Positions 25,752 to 32,000 of a DNA stretch of 32,000 nt are shown one piece after another; the stretch's first letter is position 1, and each line of letters begins with the position of its first letter. Source of the stretch: Candidatus Electrothrix yaqonensis (GTDB lineage Bacteria; Desulfobacterota; Desulfobulbia; Desulfobulbales; Desulfobulbaceae); contig CP178758.1 of assembly GCA_047651235.1 (NCBI GenBank), positions 2,550,001 through 2,582,000 on the forward strand, given 5' to 3'. The notes beneath the pieces are model-generated. The model was not told the DNA's origin and did not search any database. It worked only from the letters and a program-made list of their open reading frames with translations. The translations under genes and the position numbers were made by a program.

Positions 25752-28700
25752 TCAACCTGCCGCAGAAAACTCCTGCACAGTTTTCACGCCCACCTCCTGT
25801 TCTGCTGAAGCGGTAATAGCCTGGGCCATAGATATAGCCCCGCTGACCGTGGTGGTGTAGGGGATATGATAATCCAAAGCAGCGCGACGAATGCGGTAGG
25901 AATCCTCAGTAGTCCTGCTGCCGGAAGAGGTATTGATGATCCACTGCACCTGCCCGTCCTTGATCTTATCCAGGATATGCGGCCTGCCCTGAGAAATTTT
26001 ATTGATCTGTTCGCAGGCTACCCCGTATTCGGTCAGCCGTTCAGCAGTGCCGTCAGTTGCCAGCACTGTGAAGCCCCGCTCCAGCAGAGATTTGATCACC
26101 GGTACCAGAGGTGCCTTATCTCCGCGCCGCACAGAGATGAACACGGCCCCGGATTGGGGCACCTGTTGATTTGCCGCTTGCTGTGATTTAGCCAGGGCCA
26201 GGCCAAGATCCCCATCAATGCCCATGACTTCACCAGTAGATTTCATCTCCGGTCCCAGCAAGGTATCCACATTATCAAAACGATCAAAGGGAAAAACCGC
26301 TTCTTTGACTGCCCAATGATCAATGGAAACCTCCTTGGTAAAGCCCAGCTCTTCCAGACTGATGCCCATCATAACCTTGGTGGCGATCTTGGCCAACGGC
26401 ACACCGGTGGCCTTGGACACAAAGGGCACTGTTCGCGAAGCCCGAGGATTGACCTCCAGGATATACAGATCTTCATCCTTGACTGCGTACTGGACATTCA
26501 TCAGGCCGATAACGCCCAGCTCGCCGGCCATTGCCTTGGTGGCCCGCATGATCTCGGCGATCATGTTGTCGGACAGAGTATGGGGCGGCAAGACACAGGC
26601 CGAGTCACCGGAATGAATTCCAGCCTCTTCAATATGCTCCATAATCCCGCCGATCACGGTCATTGTCCCGTCAGAGACCGCATCCACATCCACTTCAACC
26701 GCATCTTTCAGAAACCTGTCCAGTAAGACCGGATGCTCACTGCCTGCAATGGTGGGGCGGGCCATAAAGTCCCGTAGGCCCTGATCGTTATAGACAATCT
26801 GCATATCCCGACCACCCAACACATAGGAAGGCCGCATAACCACAGGATAGCCGATCCGCTCCACCTCTTTCAAGGCCTCTTCCAGATTATTCACTGTGCC
26901 GTTTTCCGGCTGCTTCAGCCCCAGCTTCTGCAAGAGCTGCTGAAAGCGCTTTCGATCCTCTGCCCGATCAATGGCATCTGGTGGGGTTCCGATAATGGAA
27001 ACACCTTTTTTATCCAGAGCCACAGCAAGGTTGAGCGGGGTCTGACCACCAAACTGGACAATCACACCGTCTGGTTTTTCCAGCTCAATGATATTGAGTA
27101 CATCTTCACGGGTCAGCGGTTCAAAATAGAGGCGATCCGAGGTGTCGTAGTCTGTGGACACGGTTTCCGGGTTGGAATTGACCATCACAGATTCCACCCC
27201 GATCTCTGCCAAGGCAAAGGAGGCATGGACACAGCAATAATCAAACTCAATACCCTGGCCGATTCGGTTGGGGCCGCCGCCAAGAATGATGATTTTTTTA
27301 TTATCCGAAGGCAGGGATTCATTCTCCTGATCATAGCAGGAATAATAATAAGGGGTGTAGGATTCAAACTCAGCAGCGCAGGTATCCACCAGCTTATACA
27401 CCGGCAGGACATCCTTTTCCTTACGGAGTTGACGGATATCATCCTCTGAGGTACCGGTGAGATACCCCAATTGGACATCAGAAAAACCATGTTGTTTAAC
27501 GGTGCGGAGAAAATCAGCATCAAGCCCGGTAAAGCCCCGCTGCTCAATATTCTTGCCCATGTCAACGATTTGCTGCATGTTGCGCAAATACCAAGGGTCA
27601 ATCATGCTCAGCTCATGCATTCGTTCAATGGACATACCCCGTCGCATGGCCTCAAAAAGATGAAAGAAACGCTTGGAGCTTGGTTCCTTAAGGGCCTTTT
27701 CCAGATCATCTTGATGCAGATCCTCCATCCCATCCTTGCCATCAAAACCAAAGCCCATTCGCCCGATTTCCAGAGAGCGCATGGCCTTCTGAAAGGCCTC
27801 TTTAAAGGTCCGACCCATGGACATGGTCTCACCCACGGACTTCATAGCCGTGGTCAGGGTATCATCAGCTTCAGGGAATTTCTCAAAGGTCCACCGGGGT
27901 ATCTTGACCACACAGTAGTCAATGGTAGGCTCAAAAGCGGCATAGGTTTCCTGGGTGATATCGTTCTTTAGCTCATCCAGGGTATAGCCCACAGCCAGCT
28001 TGGCTGCAATCTTGGCAATGGGAAAGCCTGTGGCCTTGGAAGCCAGGGCAGAAGAGCGGGAAACCCTAGGGTTCATCTCGATGACCATGATCTCGCCGTC
28101 TTCCGGGTTGACCGCAAACTGGACATTGGAACCACCGGTTTCTACGCCGATCTCCCGGATAATGGCAATGGATGCATCCCGTAGCTCCTGGTACTCAACG
28201 TCGGACAGGGTTTGCTGCGGCGCTACGGTGATGGAATCACCAGTATGCACGCCCATGGCGTCGATATTCTCAATGGAGCAGATAATAACCACGTTATCCT
28301 TACGGTCCCGCACTACCTCCAGTTCATACTCTTTCCAGCCCAACAGGCTGCGTTCCAGCATAATCTCAGTGGTCATGGAAAGATCCAGGCCAGCTGTACA
28401 CATCTCGCGCAGTTCCTGACGATTATAGGCCACCCCGCCGCCGGTCCCGCCCAGAGTAAAGCTGGGACGAACAATCACGGGAAAACCGATCTTGTCACCG
28501 GCATCCATAGCATCTTCAATGGTATGGACGATAAAGGATTTCGGCACATTGAGGCCGATTTTTTCCATGGCATCGCGGAATTCTTCCCGACCTTCGGCCT
28601 TGCGGATAACGTCGATATTTGCAGCCAGCATCTCAACATTATATTTTTCCAAGACACCGGTCTCTGCCACCTTGATGGCGGTGTTCAGCGCGGTCTGACC

Positions 28701-28973
28701 GCCCAGAGTGGGCAGGATGGCGTCAGGACGCTCCCGCTCAATCACCTTGATCAGGTATTCCGGGGTAATGGGTTCAATATAGGTGCGATCCGCTAATCCT
28801 GGATCAGTCATAATGGTGGCAGGATTTGAGTTGATCAACACCACCTCATAGCCCTCTTCTTTGAGGGCCTTAACGGCCTGAGCCCCGGAATAGTCGAATT
28901 CACAGGCTTGGCTGATAATGATCGGCCCGGAGCCGATAATTAAAATTTTATGTATATCTGTACGTTTCGGCAT
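25752..28973 (-). CDS. carB: Carbamoyl-phosphate synthase large subunit
   Basis: 1073 aa. [29 protein letters not shown], duplicated ATP-grasp halves and a C-terminal MGS-like domain are present. Confidence 0.97.
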   Translation of the reverse strand: MPKRTDIHKILIIGSGPIIISQACEFDYSGAQAVKALKEEGYEVVLINSNPATIMTDPGLADRTYIEPITPEYLIKVIERERPDAILPTLGGQTALNTAIKVAETGVLEKYNVEMLAANIDVIRKAEGREEFRDAMEKIGLNVPKSFIVHTIEDAMDAGDKIGFPVIVRPSFTLGGTGGGVAYNRQELREMCTAGLDLSMTTEIMLERSLLGWKEYELEVVRDRKDNVVIICSIENIDAMGVHTGDSITVAPQQTLSDVEYQELRDASIAIIREIGVETGGSNVQFAVNPEDGEIMVIEMNPRVSRSSALASKATGFPIAKIAAKLAVGYTLDELKNDITQETYAAFEPTIDYCVVKIPRWTFEKFPEADDTLTTAMKSVGETMSMGRTFKEAFQKAMRSLEIGRMGFGFDGKDGMEDLHQDDLEKALKEPSSKRFFHLFEAMRRGMSIERMHELSMIDPWYLRNMQQIVDMGKNIEQRGFTGLDADFLRTVKQHGFSDVQLGYLTGTSEDDIRQLRKEKDVLPVYKLVDTCAAEFESYTPYYYSCYDQENESLPSDNKKIIILGGGPNRIGQGIEFDYCCVHASFALAEIGVESVMVNSNPETVSTDYDTSDRLYFEPLTREDVLNIIELEKPDGVIVQFGGQTPLNLAVALDKKGVSIIGTPPDAIDRAEDRKRFQQLLQKLGLKQPENGTVNNLEEALKEVERIGYPVVMRPSYVLGGRDMQIVYNDQGLRDFMARPTIAGSEHPVLLDRFLKDAVEVDVDAVSDGTMTVIGGIMEHIEEAGIHSGDSACVLPPHTLSDNMIAEIMRATKAMAGELGVIGLMNVQYAVKDEDLYILEVNPRASRTVPFVSKATGVPLAKIATKVMMGISLEELGFTKEVSIDHWAVKEAVFPFDRFDNVDTLLGPEMKSTGEVMGIDGDLGLALAKSQQAANQQVPQSGAVFISVRRGDKAPLVPVIKSLLERGFTVLATDGTAERLTEYGVACEQINKISQGRPHILDKIKDGQVQWIINTSSGSRTTEDSYRIRRAALDYHIPYTTTVSGAISMAQAITASAEQEVGVKTVQEFSAAG

Positions 28974-29027
28974 GATACGAAGGATAGCGATTATATGTTA
29001 GCGCAGAAGGGGGATACGGAAAAAATA

Positions 29028-30143
<1,116 letters not shown>

Positions 30144-30246
30144 ATGTTCTTGTTCCGTGATAGACTGGGAAGTTTCGCCTGCAGTATTTTATGCCGACAC
30201 GTTTTACCATTCTCTGCAGCATCGCGCAATGAAGATCATACATGGG

Positions 30247-30846
30247 TTATCTCCGCATCATGGCGGCAACTTCGCCCATGCGCCTGCCGAGATTCCGTGC
30301 CGTGGCAATTCCGGTCGTATCATGCTGATACCCGTCAGGATGGTTACCCCAGGCAGCACCGCCGAAATGGTCACCGTCACCGACAAGAATCATATCATGA
30401 ATCATCATGGCCGCATGAACAGCCTGCACAGTCAGCTCCTGGCCTCCGTTCCGTGAGCCGCCCACCGCGATCACGCCGCCGAGTTTATTCCTCAGCATAA
30501 AACCGTTCCGCCGGAAGACGACAGTCCGGTCCAGAAACGCCTTGGCCTGACTGGACATGCAGCCCATATATACAGGCGTTGCCATGATGAGTCCGACCAT
30601 TTCCGGGTCGGCGAGCTTCGGGATGATGTCCTGGTAATCATCTTGCAGACTGCACAGGACGCCTTTTTTACAGGCATCACAGGCAATGCAGCCCTGAAAC
30701 TGCAGCGGGGCAAGATCGATCAGTTCCGTTTCGATGTCACTTCCTGATTCTTCTGCTGTCCGTCGGACTGAATCAAGAGATTGTTCCAGCAGAAAACGGG
30801 TGGACTTGTTTTCTCTCGGACTTGCTGAGACGCATATAATTTTCAT
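30247..30846 (-). CDS. Iron-sulfur flavoprotein (Isf-like, NADPH-dependent FMN reductase fold)
   Basis: MKIICVSASPR..S.T is present. The compact cluster motif CIACDACKKGVLC (CX2CX2CX5C) is characteristic of Isf. PVYMG and GGSRNGGQE are also present. Confidence 0.8.
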   Translation of the reverse strand: MKIICVSASPRENKSTRFLLEQSLDSVRRTAEESGSDIETELIDLAPLQFQGCIACDACKKGVLCSLQDDYQDIIPKLADPEMVGLIMATPVYMGCMSSQAKAFLDRTVVFRRNGFMLRNKLGGVIAVGGSRNGGQELTVQAVHAAMMIHDMILVGDGDHFGGAAWGNHPDGYQHDTTGIATARNLGRRMGEVAAMMRR

Positions 30847-30943
30847 TATTCTTCCTCGTTTTTAGCCTTTTCTTTTTCCTTTACTCTGTGGAGCTGATAA
30901 ATTCGATGATTTGAATCTGCTGTGTAAAAACGACCATTTTTGC

Positions 30944-31054
30944 TTATTCTGCGGAGCCTGTCAATGCCGAGGTGCAAACAGACTGAAGAACCTCATCCGC
31001 TTCCTCCGTGATCACAAAACGCCGATACTTGGCTACGCAGACGAAATGATACAT
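30944..31054 (-). pseudogene. N-terminal relic of a second Y1 (IS200/RAYT-like) transposase
   Basis: A 36-codon minus-strand ORF reads MYHFVCVAKYRRFVITEEADEVLQSVCTSALTGSAE*. YHFV..AKYRR.V.T is the Y1-transposase HxV...KYRR block. The rest of the protein is missing. It is too short to appear in the ORF track. Confidence 0.5.
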
Positions 31055-31291
31055 GATACATCAGCAACGATACATTATGACTTTTGCGGATCAGATCTCC
31101 CATAATCCTGAGCCTAATTCTACTTTGTCAACCATAACCTTTTGATCTATTTGTAAAAACTTCTTGCAATATCCGGATAAAGTTGTATCTTTCATTAGGA
31201 AGATTTTATCGCTTTTTGATCAAGCTAGCACCTGATAACAGCTATCAAAAAAATACCCGTCAATCGCCCTGATTATAACTTTATTCTTTTT

Positions 31292-32000
31292 ATGAACGCT
31301 CCCAGCCCCGAAAAAAGAAGTCCCCATGACAAATTCTTTGAGTTGACCGGCATCGCCCGGCAACTTACGTCTTTTCACGAAAGATATCATCATTTTTTTA
31401 AGAGACATACGGTAAGTTTGTCAGATAAAGCATTCCAATACTTGAAAGGTTTATTCCAGTCTGACAAAAAAACATGGAACGTATGGAGGAAAAGGTTCCG
31501 GGCGTTAAATATGAGCCCCTCCAGTATTTTCTTTCCGAATCGAACTGGGATTGGCGTCCTGTAAACAACCACGTAGCTAAAGATGCGGATAACATTTTTG
31601 GAGGAAAGGAAGATAGCGCTCTTTTTATTGATGAATCCGGGATACCCAAAAAGGGTAAAATGTCTGTTGGGGTTTCTCGTCAATGGTGCGGGCAGCTTGG
31701 TAAAACCGACAACTGTCAAGTAGTAGTGTTTGCAACTTTGGGATATGGTCGCTTTTCAACGCCGATCGACTGTCGGCTGTATTTACCGAAAAGCTGGACG
31801 GATGACAAGGAACGTTGTCTTAAGGCTAAGATTCCCGCCGACAAAATTGTTTTCAAAACAAAGCATGAACAGGCTCTTGACATGGTCTTCCATGCGCGAA
31901 AGAATGGCGTTCGTTTTAACTGGGTGGGTTGTGATGGTTTTTACGGGAAGAATTCTCAATTTCTTCGGAAACTTGATAATAACGATGAAAAGTTCATGGC
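31292..32000 (+). mobile_element. IS701-family DDE transposase gene, 5' two-thirds, split by a -1 frame change; it continues past the window end
   Basis: Frame A (31292-) reads ...LTSFHERYHHFFKRHTVSLSDKAFQYLKGLFQSDKK. Frame B (open from 31465 to 32000) reads NMERMEEKVPGVKYEPLQYFLSESNWDW...ALFIDESGIPKKGKMSVGVSRQWCGQLGKTDNCQVVVFATL...RLYLPKSWTDDKERC...GCDGFYG. These are classic IS701 blocks. Confidence 0.85.
31466..31472 (+). other. A7 homopolymer at the frame junction of the IS701 transposase
   Basis: GAC AAA AAA ACA in frame A. Shifting back one base after the A-run gives AAC ATG GAA ..., which restores the conserved ..DKKNMERM.. sequence. A stop at 31462-31464 closes frame B immediately upstream. 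Confidence 0.7.

Overview
The window is mostly conserved chromosomal genes, interrupted by two patches of mobile-element debris. Gene content suggests an anaerobic, sulfur-cycling Desulfobacterota-like organism. That taxonomic guess rests on gene content only and is not verifiable here.

Genes in order:
- wrbA, then (minus strand) a LEA_2 lipoprotein, a Gate-domain membrane protein and sppA.
- An M18 aminopeptidase.
- A Tat-exported Psr/Phs-type molybdopterin oxidoreductase operon (A, B, C subunits) with a clean terminator.
- An orphan ATP-grasp-like hypothetical gene.
- An AT-richer decay island (12.3-15.4 kb). It holds an ISAzo13-type transposase remnant, a permease tail, an intact DUF4143 AAA+ ATPase, a dead IS200 tnpA and a 5'-truncated dprA.
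- A truncated haemoglobin carrying a signal peptide.
- folC with an overlapping small HNH gene.
- A DUF5685-like gene ending in an extreme Cys/Asp tail, followed tightly by a YdjM-like hydrolase and mtnA.
- A SulP transporter with a roughly 130-aa loop insertion.
- A tandem USP, waaF, carB-carA (minus strand) and an Isf-type flavoprotein.
- A Y1-transposase relic and an IS701-family transposase whose two halves join only across an A7 run.

No rRNA, tRNA or CRISPR array was recognised.

The most unusual items are the metallothionein-like tail on the DUF5685-like protein, the apparently exported truncated haemoglobin, the SulP insertion, and a T-tract terminator module present in two copies. All family assignments come from reading the translations and recalling motifs. 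No database search was run.
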